Shown here: positions 11,571-23,484 of the stretch, one piece after another
How positions within the stretch are numbered: the first letter of the stretch is position 1
Layout of the letters: every line of letters starts with the position of its first letter
From: Pristiophorus japonicus
Lineage: Eukaryota
Assembly (NCBI RefSeq): GCF_044704955.1
Contig: NW_027251778.1
Location: 372,001-436,000 of the forward strand
Length of the DNA: 64,000 bases
Direction of reading: 5' to 3'
Notes under the pieces: generated by a model
Seen by the model: only the letters and a program-made list of their open reading frames with translations
What the model was told of the DNA's origin: nothing
Database searches by the model: none
Program-made: the position numbers and the translations under genes

Positions 11571-12379
11571 CTTCGAATAACTCTATTGCAACATTTCAAA
11601 GCAAAACTGGATTCATATTTTGGTACCATGTTTGCAAAAACATTTAATGAGGAATGTGCTTACCGTTAGTGCCTTCCCTTGCATTTATGTTGGTGCCCGT
11701 GCCCCACTTCGTCATTCAACAGCTGTCTGTCGTGTTGGACAGGTTTTTGCAGCAGCTCCAAGACAAAGTCTCGCACTGCATTCAGCTGCAGAGCGCGCTT
11801 CTTAAGAACTAAACGGGCTTTTAGTTTGGGAACAGGTGCGTGCCGAAGCGAGCAGAGATAACTTGAAGCGATGACAGTATCGCACGTATAACCAGGACAC
11901 TGGATCACATTTCGCGCCTTTAGTTTTGCAGCTACACGCTGCCCTGAGGTGTATTGTATATACTAAGTGCGCTCTGTTTTATGGGACACCGGTGGGTACG
12001 TCCTGAACTCCTGTATTTTTTGTGGGAGGGAAAAGATGAATAATTACTGTCGGAGGTGCTGTCTTTCGGCTGAGACATGAAACCGCGGCACCGTCTGCCC
12101 TTTGAGCTAAACGATCCCAGGGCTCTATTTGGAAGAAGAGCAGGGGAGTTCTCCCCGGTGTCCTGTGGCCAACATGCATCCCTCAATAAACATCACAAAA
12201 AAACAGGTGATCTGGGTGATTATCACGTTGCTGCTTGTGGAAGCTTGCTGTGAGCAAACTGGCTGCTGCGTTTCCCACATTACAACAGTGACTGCACTTC
12301 CCAAAGTACTTCATTGGATGTAAAGTGCTTTGAGACGCCCGATGGTCGTGAAAGGCGCTATATAAATGGAAGTCTTTCT

Positions 12380-13150
12380 TTTATTTCTCTTTCTCTCCCT
12401 GTCTCTCTCACTCTTTCTGTTAACCTTTCTCTCTCCCCACCCCCTTCTCTCTCTTTCTCTCTTACCTCCTCTCTCTCTCTGTCACCCTTTCTATCTCTCT
12501 CACCTCCCCTCTCTCTCTATCACCATATCTCTCTCTCTCACCTCCCCCCTCTCTCTCTGTCACCCTTTCTCTCTCACCTCCCCCTCTCTCTCTCACCCTC
12601 TATCTCTCTCTCACCTCGCCCCCACCGTCCCCTCCCCCTTTAACTATCTCTCCCTCCTCTCTGTCTCTCTCAGTCACCCTTACTCTCTCTCTCACCTCCG
12701 CTCCTCTCTCTCTCTCACCCTCTATCTCTCTCTCACCTCGCCCCCACCGTCCCCTCCCCCTTTATCTATCTCTCCCTCCTCTCTGTCTCTCTCAGTCACC
12801 CTTACTCTCTCTCTCACCTCCGCTCCTCTCTCTCTCTCACCCTCTGTCTCTCTCTCACCTTCCCCCCTATCTCTCTCACCCTCTATCTCTCTCTCACCCA
12901 CCCACCCCCGTCTCTGTCACCATTTATCTCTTTCCCTCCTCTTTCTCTCTGTCACCCTTTCTCTCTCTCTCACCTCCGCTCCTCTCTTTCTGTCACCCCC
13001 ACTCTCTCTCTCTCACCCTTCCCTCTGTCTCTGTCTCCCTTTCTCTCTCTCTCCCTCCTCTCTCTCTCTCTCTCTCTCTGTCACCCTTTCCCTCTCTCTC
13101 CCCAGCCCCACCCTCTCTCTCTCTCTCTTCCTCCCTATCTCTATCTTTTA
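12380..13150. repeat. CT-rich low-complexity/microsatellite tract
   Basis: (CT)n with TCACCC interruptions. The ORF at 12366-13391 is an artefact. Confidence 0.9.
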
Positions 13151-14049
13151 CGCAGGATTACTTAGGGTATACGGCACTGAAACATTAGGCTCAACCAGTC
13201 CATGCCGGCGTTTATGCTCCACTCGAGCCTCCTCCCGTCTTTCCTCATCCAAATGTATTTGCAAAAGTAGGGAATTTATGCTATACCTCTATTGGACCTT
13301 GTTGAGACCACACTTGGAGCACTGCGCACATTCTGGTTGCCATATTATAGAGAGGCACGGGAAAGGGTGCAGAGAAGATTTACAAGAATGATACTAGAAA
13401 TGCGAGGGTATACATATCAGGAAAGGATGAATAGGCTGGTTCTCTTTTCTCTTTTGAAAAAGAAGTCTGAGTGGTGACTTAATAGAAGTTTTCAAAATTA
13501 TGAAAGTTTTTGATGAAGTGAATACAGAGAGAATGTTTCAACTTGTCGGGAAGAGCATAACTCGAGGCCATCAATATAGGATAGTCATCATGAAATCCAA
13601 CAGGGAATACAGAAGGAAATTATGTACCCAACGAGTGCAAGAATATGGAACTCACTGCCACAGAGAGTGGTTGAAGCGAATAGTATCGATGCATTTAAGG
13701 GGAGGCTAGACAAGCTTATGAGGGAAACGGAAACCGAGGGTTATTGCTGATAGATTTAGCCTGTTCCTGTGTAATATCTCCAAAGTAATCATGTGCAAAC
13801 CCTCCATTCCTTTCTCCCTCATATGTTTATCAAGCTGCCCTTTAAATGCAGCTGTACTATTTGCCTCAACCACTCCCTGTGGTCAAGATGTTTCTTCTGA
13901 ATCGGCTATTTGACGTCTTAATGATGACAGTAAGGGAAGGAGGAAGAAAGGCTGCAGCAGAGAGAAGGAAGAGAGGAAGAAAATGTAATGGAATCAAGGG
14001 AGGGAGGCAGGAAGAAGGTAGGAATCGTGGAAGATATGTAGAAAGATGC

Positions 14050-15050
14050 AATAACAGAAACTTGTATTTATATAGCGCCTTTAATGTAAAAGAAGTGCCA
14101 AGGCGCTTCACAGGAGTGTTATAAGACAATAAATGTGAGACAGAGCCTCATAAGGAGAAGTTAGGACAGATTTGTAAAAGCTTGCTCAAAGCGGGAAGTT
14201 TTAAGGAACATCTTAAAGGAGAAAAGAAATGTAGAGAGGTGGAAAGGTTTAGGTTGGGAATTCCAGAGCTTGGGGCCCAGGCAACAGAAGGCACGGCCAG
14301 CAATGGTTGAGCGATTATAATGAGGGATGCTCAAGAGGGCAGAATAAGAGCGCAGACATCTCGCGGGGCGGCGAGGCGGAGGGGGTGGGGGGTTGCGGTT
14401 GTGGGCTGGAAGAGATAGGGAGCGATGAGTGGCCGTGAAGCGATTTGAAAACAAAGATGAGAATTTTGAAATCAAAGGCGTTGCTTAACCGGGAGCTAAT
14501 GTAGGTCATAGGGGGTGATGGGTGAACGGGACTCGGTGAGAGTTAGGACACGGGGCAGCAAGCACACGGGGTGATGGGTAAGCGGGACTCGGTGCGAGTT
14601 AAGACACGGGGGCAGCTGAGCTTTGCATCACCTCTAGTTCACGTCGGGTAGAATGTGGGAGACCAGCTCGGAGTGTGTTGGAATAGTCATGTCTGGAGGT
14701 AACAAAGGCATGGATGAGGGCTTCAGCAGCAGATGAGCTGAGCCAGCGGGCAGAGATGGGCGATGCTACGGAGGTGGAAATAGGCAGTCTTAGTTATGCT
14801 GCGGAGATGTGGTCAAAAGCTCATTTCAGGGTCAAATATGACACCAAGATTGTGAACAGATGGGTTCAACCTCAGACAGGAGTTTGGGAGAAGACGGAGT
14901 CGGGGACCGGCGAATGAAGTTTGTGGTGGAGACCGAAAACAATGGCTTCTGTCTTCCTAATTGGAGGTAATTTCTGCACATCCAGAACAGGATGTCGGAC
15001 AAGCAGTCTGACAATTTGGAGACCAAGGAGGGGTCGAGAGAAGTGGTGAT
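14050..15050 (-). mobile_element. L2-type LINE 3' fragment
   Basis: Minus-strand remnants LSDCLSDILFWM, FKILIFVFKSLHG and AGRAFCCLGPKLWNS. Confidence 0.75.
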
Positions 15051-15089
15051 CGAAACATTTCAGCCTCCCTCGAGCTAAATGGGCCCCTT

Positions 15090-15720
15090 CCTGTTACTGT
15101 ATAACAGGGTCGAGCGGGTTAATGGGCCTCCTCCTGTTCCGGTCTAACAGGCTCGAGGGGATGAATGGGCCTCCTCCTGTTCCTTTGTAACAAGGTCGAG
15201 CGGCAGAACGGGCCTCCTCCTGTTCCTTTGTAACAGGTTCGAGAGGCTGAATAGGCCTCCTCCTGTTCCTGTGCAACAGGCACGAGGGACTAAATGGGCC
15301 TCCTCCTGTTCCTGTGTAAGAGGCTCGAGGGGCTGAATGAGGCTTCTCCTGTTCCTGTGTAACAGGCTCGAGGGGCTAAACGGGCCTCCTCCTGTTCCTG
15401 TGTAACAGCCTCGAGGGGCTGAATGAGCCTTCTCCTGTACCTTTGCAACAGGATCAAGAGGGTGAATGAGCCTCCTCCTGTTCCAGTGTAACAGCCTCGA
15501 GGGGCTGAATGGGCCTTCTCCTGTTCCTGTGTAACAGGCACGAGGGACTGAATGGGCCTCTTCCTGTTTCTATGTAACAGGCTCGAGATGCTGAATGGGC
15601 CTCCTCCTGTTCCTGTGCTACAGGCTCGAGGGGCTGAATGCGCCTCCTCCTGTTCCTGTGCTACAGGCACGAGGGATTAATGGGCCTCCTCCTGTTCCTG
15701 TGTAACAGGGTCGAGAGCAT
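15090..15720 (+). repeat. 43-bp minisatellite derived from the CR1 3' tail, about 14 copies
   Basis: Unit TGTAACAGGCTCGAGGGGCTGAATGGGCCTCCTCCTGTTCCTG. Confidence 0.9.
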
Positions 15721-15759
15721 TCCTGTTCCAGCTCTGTCCCGAAGACCTAACCAACCATG

Positions 15760-15832
15760 GAGACCACAATATCAAGTGAGGTCACCAGCTGACGCCCCCG
15801 GGACCCGTTTAAGAGGGGGTGGGGGGCGTGTA
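15760..15832 (+). promoter_or_regulatory. Candidate D-beta germline promoter
   Basis: RUNX site ACCACA (15763-15768), decamer-like AGTGAGGTCA (15775-15784), E-box CAGCTG, half-CRE TGACG and GC-box GGGGGTGGGGGGCGTG, all directly 5' of the D RSS. Confidence 0.5.
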
Positions 15833-15860
15833 TCTTTTTGTATGACAGTATAACACCGTG
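15833..15860 (-). other. 5' 12-RSS of D-beta
   Basis: On + strand: TCTTTTTGT + 12 nt + CACCGTG. Confidence 0.93.
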
Positions 15861-15874
15861 GGGACAGGGGGGGG
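15861..15874 (+). CDS. TRBD: TCR beta D segment GGGACAGGGGGGGG
   Basis: Matches the vertebrate-conserved D-beta core GGGACAGGGGG. Flanked by 12- and 23-RSS and open in all three frames. Confidence 0.96.
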
Positions 15875-15913
15875 CACGGTGATAAAACACAATGTACACC
15901 TCGTACAAAAACC
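15875..15913 (+). other. 3' 23-RSS of D-beta
   Basis: CACGGTG + 23 nt + consensus nonamer ACAAAAACC. Confidence 0.95.
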
Positions 15914-16406
15914 TCGCCCTGCCTGTGTGTCAGAAGATCAGCAGAAGAGGAGGTGGCAACGGGTTAAAAGCTTTAACATGGGCCATCGAGGGAACGTTTT
16001 TTTTGCAAGGGTACATTCGAATAGTCCACCTATAAAAGCCAGGGCACATTTACGGAAAATGTTCATCAATTTATGTCCTTCTGTGTGAAAACTATTTGTT
16101 CATCAACCCGCGCCTCCAGCCACCCACACCACCAACACCACCGGTGTCCTGAGACCAATATATGTCCCTCAGTCAAGAGAACAAAAAATGGACTGGTCCG
16201 TAATCACATTGCTGTTTGCTGGAGCTTGCTTTGCAAGTGTTACCTGCCTCAGTTCCCTGCATTTCAACAGTGACCACACTTCGTTGACGGCAAAGTGCTT
16301 GGGGAGGTCCTGAGGGTCGCGAATAGTGCTGTGGAAAGATGCTTAAAGGTCCAATTTCAGCCGTATGATTTCCAACGCTGTTGATGTAACGGGGTCAAGC
16401 GATGTG

Positions 16407-16456
16407 GACTGGGACAACCGTTTACTTCGGAACCGGCACCACACTGTCGGTCGTAG
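16407..16456 (+). CDS. TRBJ: TCR beta J1 (TGTTVYFGTGTTLSVV)
   Basis: FGXG motif; donor G|GTAAG; RSS TGTTGATGT-12-CGATGTG (16379-16406). Confidence 0.92.
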
Positions 16457-17081
16457 GTAAGAAACGGGAATGTTTTCTCTAAATGCACGTCCAGTTGTTG
16501 GCATTTCAAACTGGTCACCATACCGCCATTGCGTCCCTTTTGAACCACAGAAAGTCATTCTCTGTGAATTCAGTAAAAGTGGAGACGGCTGTACTAATTT
16601 CTTAAATATAAAGGCTGAAGAATCGACAGTGCCCTGAACACAGAATTAACATAACCCAGGCTAAAAGGGTACAGGGTATTGGTGAGACCACACCTGGAGC
16701 ACTGCGTACAGTTTTGGCATCCTCGTTTAAGGAGGGGTATACTTGCGATGAAAGTAGTTCTAGAGAAAATTCACTCGGTTGATTCCAGTGATGAAAGGGG
16801 TTACCTTCTGAAGAAAGGTTGCGCAGGTTGGGACTGTACTCATTGGAGTTTAGAAGAATGAGAGGTGACCTTATTGAAACGTATATGATTCTGAGGGGGT
16901 TTGACAGAGCATTAGCATACAATCGTGCAGGTTAGTACAGTCAATATTTAGTATGGAAACAGGCAGATTGGAGTGGGATCAATCGGGACTCGCAGTGGAA
17001 CCATACACTTTGGGACGGGACGGCACGGATTAGAATGCGTCCCAGGTTTGACTCCTTTTCAGACGGCGTGGAATCACCGTG

Positions 17082-17129
17082 TAAACGACGTGAATTACTT
17101 CGGAGAAGGCACGAAATTAACAGTTGTGG
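17082..17129 (+). CDS. TRBJ: TCR beta J2 (NDVNYFGEGTKLTVV)
   Basis: FGXG motif; donor G|GTGAG; RSS CCTTTTCAG-12-CACCGTG (17054-17081). Confidence 0.93.
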
Positions 17130-17327
17130 GTGAGCCAGTTATCTATCTGCTTTCTCTTTAGTCTCTCTCTCTCTCGCTCTCTCTCGGGAACAGTAGGCAG
17201 ATCGGTAGAAATGCTTCCTTTTGCGGGACTGACTTTGAGTGAATATGTGTCGGTCGAGGCCTCAGAGGCTTTCCGTAGGAAGGAAGCATTCCCCGGGTCT
17301 GTTCTTGAGCGAGTCTTGGACATTGTG

Positions 17328-17375
17328 CAGGCAACATCGTCTACTTCGGCAGTGGAACAAAGTTAACGGTTCTGG
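17328..17375 (+). CDS. TRBJ: TCR beta J3 (GNIVYFGSGTKLTVL)
   Basis: FGXG motif; donor G|GTAAG; RSS TGTTCTTGA-12-CATTGTG (17300-17327). Confidence 0.94.
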
Positions 17376-17554
17376 GTAAGGTAACGGCGCATGCCTTTTC
17401 CACCAATCGGTCAGAATCTAAGTCTAAACACAATTAAAAAAACGGTAGCGATAATGTTGAGATATTTGATATGTAAAAGTGTAAAAGAACGAGGACAGTT
17501 TGCTCAGACTAGGCTTGTATTCCTAAAACATTAAGGGGTAACATAATAAGAGCA

Positions 17555-18275
17555 GAAGAACATAAGAATGCAGAGCAGGAGTCGGCTATTTGCCCCCTCG
17601 AGCCTGCTCTGCCATTCAATAAGATCGTGGCTGATCTCATCATGGACTATGCTCCACGTCCATGCCTTCTCCGCATAACCCTTGAATCCCCTGTCGCTAA
17701 AAAATCTGTCTATTTCTGCCTTAAATATATCCAGTGACCCAGCTTTCACAGCTCTCTGAGGCAGCGAATTCCACAGACTTACAATCCTCTGAGAGAAGAA
17801 ATTCCTCCTCATCTCAGTTTTAAACGAGCGGCCCCTTATTCTTAAACTATGTCCTCTAGTTCTAGTCTCCCCCACCAGTGGAAACATCCTCTCTGCGTCC
17901 ACCTTTTCGAACCCGCTCATTATCTTATAAGTTTGAATAAGATCACCTCTCATTCTTCTGAACTCCAATGTGTATAGGCCCCAATCTTATCAACCTGCCT
18001 TCAGAAGACAACCCCATCATCTCTGGAATCAACCGAGTGAACCTTCTCTGAACTGTCTCCAGTGCAAGTATATCCTTCCTTAAATACGGAGACCAAAACT
18101 GCACGCAGTATTCCAGGTGTGGCCTCACCAATATCCTGTACATTGTAGCAGGACTTCTCTGCTTTAATCCTCCATCCCCCTTGCAATAAAGGCCAATATT
18201 CCAATTGACTTCCTGATCACTTGCTGGACCTGCATGCTAACTTCTTGTGTTTCATGCAGAAGGACTCCCAGATGT
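17555..18275 (-). mobile_element. CR1 LINE 3' fragment
   Basis: Encodes LVRPHLEYCVQFWSPYLRKDILALE and EFRRMRGDLIQTYKIM. Confidence 0.88.
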
Positions 18276-18745
18276 TTCAGGGTGTTGACAGTGTAGAGAG
18301 TTAGAAACTCTTTCCTCTGGCGAGTGGGGAGGCGAGAACAAGGAGTCAGCACTTTAAATTAGAGCAGGGGCGATCAGCAGCGATGTCAGGAAGCACTTCT
18401 TCACCCAAAGGGTGGCAAAAAGTGGGAACTCTCTCGCCCATAATGCTGCTGAGGCTGAGTGTCGAGCGAAAATGTCACAACTGAGAGAGCTAGAATCTTG
18501 TTAGGCAAGGGTATTAAGGGCTACTGAACCAAGGCGGGTTAAGATATCGGGCAGCCGTGATGTAAATGAATGATTGAACATGATGGGCTGAATGGCCCCT
18601 CTCCTGTCCCGATGCACCCAATGATCCTAAGTTCCTATAAACTTTGCGAGACTTTGTCGGGGCCGATACCCTCACAGGTTCCACTAGAACAGACCTACCA
18701 AACCAAACTCTAGGGGGGTTATTGCAACGGCCCCGTACCGCTGTG

Positions 18746-18795
18746 TTCTGCTAGTGAAGCTTACTTCGGAGGTGGAACAAAACTCGTCGTTTTAG
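18746..18795 (+). CDS. TRBJ: TCR beta J4 (SASEAYFGGGTKLVVL)
   Basis: FGXG motif; donor G|GTAAG; RSS GTTATTGCA-12-CGCTGTG (18718-18745). Confidence 0.93.
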
Positions 18796-19617
18796 GTAAG
18801 TGAATGGTTGCCTAAGCCCAGAAAAATTGATAGAATTCGCGAATTTATGCGGCGGGTTGTTGGGAGGCGAGTGAAAATATTGGAACATAGGCAATTAATG
18901 TCAACACTTTCGATAACGATGAGAAACTCGCAATTGACAAAGTCACCTTCACAATAGGAAAGGAGATTGGAATTTTCTCTAAAACATACGGAACAGCCCG
19001 CAATGTAGGTGCAAACTGAATTATTGAACGTGGCCCGTGAGAGCAACTCAAAAACTCGTAAAATATGACATTCCCTTATTCTGTGCGCAGTCCTGGTCCC
19101 CATGTTATATAAAATGGTATTTAGAGGCACGGGAGAAGGTGACAGAATTGACCATGATGATAATGAGAGGTTGAAGAGGCTGGCGCGGGATAGTCCAGAA
19201 CCAAGGGGCATTACTTCAATTTAGAGCCAGATCGTTCAAGGAAGGACATCTTCACACAATGGGTAGTGGGAATCGGGAACTCTCTCCTCCCAAAAAGCTG
19301 CTGAGGCAGGAGGGTTTAAGTATCAATAACACAACTTGGGTAGCTAGATTTTTGTTATGCAAGGGTATTAAGGTTTTCGGGAACAAATGCGGGGATTTGG
19401 AGATAAAATATAGGTCAGTTGTGACCTAACTGAGTGGTGCAACAGGGGCTCGGGGCTGACTGGCCCCACTCCTATCCCTATACACCCCCCCTCCCCCTTC
19501 ATGATCCCTGATTCCTATAAACTTCCCGGATCATTGGCGCAGTTGAAACCGTCACAACCTCCACTAGAACGATTCAGACTGCAGGGTGAGGTTTTGCAAC
19601 AGGCCCGTACCGCTGTG

Positions 19618-19667
19618 TTCTGGAAGAGAAGCTTATTTCGGAGGTGGGACAAAGCTTGTCGTTTTAG
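19618..19667 (+). CDS. TRBJ: TCR beta J5 (SGREAYFGGGTKLVVL)
   Basis: FGXG motif; donor G|GTAAG; RSS GGTTTTGCA-12-CGCTGTG (19590-19617). Tandem duplicate of J4. Confidence 0.93.
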
Positions 19668-21559
19668 GTAAGTGAATAGTTGCCTGAGCCCAGCAAAGTT
19701 CGCGAATTTATGTGGGTTTGAGTGAGGGAGGGAGAGGAATTGAAAATTTAGGAACAGCGTAAATTAAGTTCGACTCTTCAGATAACGATGACAAACTCGT
19801 AATTACCGAAATCATCTTCACTGCAGGAGAGGAGATTGAGATTTTCCAAAAAATACCGAACAGCCCGCAATGTGGGTGCAAAGGGAATTATTGAAAGTAG
19901 CCTGTGAGAGAAGGGCAGGAGAAATACTACTGGCAAAAAATGATATCCCACTATTCCGTGCACAAGTCCTGGTCCCTATATTATAGAAAATAGCATGTCA
20001 AAGGCAGTGGAGAAGGTGGCAAAGGTGATCATGATGATGATGACACGATGATACATATCAAGACAAACTGAATTAGATGTGGGACTTTGCTCTAGAAAAG
20101 AGAAGGCTGATGAGTGTCCTGGTAGGGGTCTTTAAGAGTCCGAATTGCGTTTGATAAGGTAGGCGAAGTTAAGATGTTTCCACTTGAGGAGAAAAGGATA
20201 ATTCAGAGGCAATGAATATAAGTTAGTCACTAATAAATCCTATAAGGAATTCAGTAGAAACTTCTTTACCCAGAGAGTGGTAATGTGTAACTCACTACCA
20301 CAGGGAGAGGTTGAACCAAATGGTATAGATCTATTTAAGCTAGCTTACATATTACACCGGACTACATCGGATATATGGCACAGAGACAGGCCTTTCGGCC
20401 CAACCAGTCCATGCTCATCGTTTATGCTCTACTCGAGCCTCCTCCCGTCTTTCGTCATCTACATCTATCCACATAACCCTCTATTCCCTTCTCCCTCATG
20501 TGCTTGTCTAGCCTCCCCTTAAATACACCAATAGTATTCGCCTCAAATACTCACTGTGGCAGTGAGTTCCACATTCTCACCACTCTGGGAAAAGAAGTTT
20601 CTCCTGAATTCACCATTGGATTTCTTGCTGACTATCTTATATTGATGGCCTCTACTTATGCTCTTCCGCACAAGTGGACACATTCTCTCTGTATCCACTC
20701 TATCAAACCCTTGCATAATTTTAAAGACCTATATTTGGGCACCCCTCAGACATATTTCTTCAAGAGAAAAGAAACCCAGCCTGTTCATCCTTTCCTGATG
20801 TGCATACACTGGCAGAGCAGGCTCGAGGGTCCAAATGACCTACTCCTGCTCCAATTTCTTATGTACCCTTGCACTTTTGGTATCATCCTTTTAAATACTC
20901 TCTGCACACTCTGCAGTGATTCTATATCCTTTGCTTCTCTCAGAGGGTTGTAAATCCATGGAATTCTCTGTCCCAGAGAGAAGTGGAGGCTGGGTCACTG
21001 AATATAATCAATACAGAGATAGACAGATTTATGAGCGACAAGGGAGTGAAGGGTTATGGGGAGCGGGCAGGGAAGTGGAGCTGAATCACTGATCAGATCA
21101 GCCACGATCTTATTGAGTGGCCGAGCAGGCTCGAGGGGCCAAATGGCCGACTCCAGCTCCTATTTCTAACGTGTTAATGTGTATAATATGGCGACTAGAA
21201 CTGTTCACAGTACTCCAAGTGTGTTCTAACCAAGGTTCGATACACGTTTCGCATAACTTGACTACTTTTCAATACAGTACCTCTAGAAATAAGCCCACGA
21301 GGGAGAAAAGGACAGAGGGTTATTCTGATCTGGTTCAATGAGGAGGGTAGGAGGAGGTTCGTGTGGAGTATAACCACCAACCTGGACTGTTGAGCCGAAT
21401 TACCTCTTTCTGTGCTGTAAATTCTACATAATTCCACATACTTCCCATCAGCCTAAAGCAGCAAAGGGATTCACAAAATGTAGAAGCATCAGGGGTGTAA
21501 CTTCTGATAAAATTGGTGATTTCTCCAGACTGATTTCTCTCTCTGTCTGTATCTCCCTG

Positions 21560-21592
<33 letters not shown>

Positions 21593-22637
21593 ATCAATCT
21601 ATCCATCTGACTCTCTCTCTCTGTCTATCTCTGTCTCTCTCTCTCTATCTATCTATTAGATTCTCTCTCTCTCTTTCTCTCCCTCTCTCTCTCTCTCTCT
21701 CACTGTTAGACTCACAACTCATGTCACCCCTTGTGAATCATGAAGGATGACATGACATGTGAGTTAGATGGCAATGGGGAGCATCAGTCGAGATTCCAAA
21801 TGCAACTTTCGATATCAGCAAAAGGAGATCCTTGCCGATGTACAATGCAGCAATTAAAATTAAGAAAAGTGCAGAGTTTGATGAATTTTACTTTCAGGAG
21901 GAGCATTGAGAGGCATATTTGCAGTATTCCCTATTTTGAGTTTATTAAACCCATTGGACAGCGTCAGGGAGCTAGCGGGTCTGAGGAAGACGAGGCCTTC
22001 ATGGGCCGAATAACCTGTCCTCGTTCGCCAGAACGATACTGGGGCTAGGAGAGTGAAATTGTGAGGACATGTTTCACAGAATAGGCTTGTAGTACCTTGA
22101 GTATTGCAGATTCAAGGGCTGGTCATTATGAGATGTTCGAGATGATTAGAGGATTTGATAGAGTCGATAGAGAGGACTTCTTTCATCTATTGGGGGGGTC
22201 CACAACAACCTTAAAGCTATACCGTCCGCGTGGGGGGTGGGGCAGGGATGCCACGAACTACACATTTATACAAAGGGCAGGAGAAATGTGGACATTTCTA
22301 CCACCCAAGAAACTGTTGACACTAGGCGTCAACTGTAAATTCCAAATCTGAGGTCGGTAGATTTTTGTTAGGCAAAGTTATAAAAGGATATGGAACAGCG
22401 AGAGGTTGATGGAGCCAAGTACAGATTGGCCAGGATCTCATGGAATCGTGGAAGAGGCTCAAGAGGTTAAAAGTCCTACTCCTGCTCCTAAGTTCCGAAG
22501 TTCCTTTGTTCCTATGTTCCCATGCACATTTATTCCAATATTGCTGTAGCCCAAAGCTGGTCCATGTTAGGAAGGGCCCCCTCTCCGCAGCAATCACTGA
22601 CAGGTAAGAGGTTTTAATACAAGGATTTGCTTTTGTG

Positions 22638-22687
22638 CTCTGCTGATATTTATTATTTCGGAGCTGGGACCAAGTTGTATGTTTTAG
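22638..22687 (+). CDS. TRBJ: TCR beta J6 (SADIYYFGAGTKLYVL)
   Basis: FGXG motif; donor G|GTAAG; RSS GGTTTTAAT-12-TTTTGTG (22610-22637, weak heptamer). Confidence 0.92.
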
Positions 22688-22891
22688 GTAAGGTTATGTA
22701 TACATATGTATAAATATCAATATATATAACTATCTCCATAGATATATATTCATAGTACCACCTGTCGGTCTGTTTGTCGGTCTGTTTGCCTCTCTTTCTC
22801 TCTCTGTCTCTCTCTCTCTGTCTCTCTCTCTCTCTGTCTGTATCTCCCTGTCTCTCTCTCTCTCTGTCTCTCTCTCTATCTATCTATCCAT

Positions 22892-23340
22892 NNNNNNNNN
22901 NNNNNNNNNNNNNNNNNNNNNNNNNNNNNNNNNNNNNNNNNNNNNNNNNNNNNNNNNNNNNNNNNNNNNNNNNNNNNNNNNNNNNNNNNNNNNNNNNNNN
23001 NNNNNNNNNNNNNNNNNNNNNNNNNNNNNNNNNNNNNNNNNNNNNNNNNNNNNNNNNNNNNNNNNNNNNNNNNNNNNNNNNNNNNNNNNNNNNNNNNNNN
23101 NNNNNNNNNNNNNNNNNNNNNNNNNNNNNNNNNNNNNNNNNNNNNNNNNNNNNNNNNNNNNNNNNNNNNNNNNNNNNNNNNNNNNNNNNNNNNNNNNNNN
23201 NNNNNNTCNNNNNNNNNNNNNNNNNNNNNNNNNNNNNNNNNNNNNNNNNNNNNNNNNNNNNNNNNNNNNNNNNNNNNNNNNNNNNNNNNNNNNNNNNNNN
23301 NNNNNNNNNNNNNNNNNNNNNNNNNNNNNNNNNNNNNNNN
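22892..23340. other. Assembly gap (N run) inside the J cluster
   Basis: N run next to a CT microsatellite. Other gaps: 40035-40233, 41286-41432, 52340-52483. Confidence 0.98.
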
Positions 23341-23428
23341 TTTATATATATCTATCTATAATTATTTCTGTCAGTCTGTTTATCTGTCTACCCAGCTTGG
23401 TGTTTTGATACTGTTGTTTAATGCAGTG

Positions 23429-23484
23429 CGCTGGGTATAACAACCCTTTACATTTTGGAGAAGGGTCGACGCTAACGATTTTGG
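23429..23484 (+). CDS. TRBJ: TCR beta J7 (AGYNNPLHFGEGSTLTIL)
   Basis: FGXG motif; donor G|GTGAG; RSS TGTTTTGAT-12-TGCAGTG (23401-23428). Confidence 0.92.

Noticed and set aside
12366-13391. 341-aa Ser/Leu/Pro-rich ORF, and similar ORFs at 39347-42361 and 52102-52668
   Set aside because: They come from CT, CTTT and CAGA microsatellites and N gaps.
15090-15720. Regularly spaced repeats as a possible CRISPR array
   Set aside because: Head-to-tail repeats with no unique spacers, derived from the CR1 tail, in vertebrate DNA.
22520-22610. Donor CAG|GTAAG just upstream of the J6 RSS as another J
   Set aside because: No FGXG motif and no RSS upstream.
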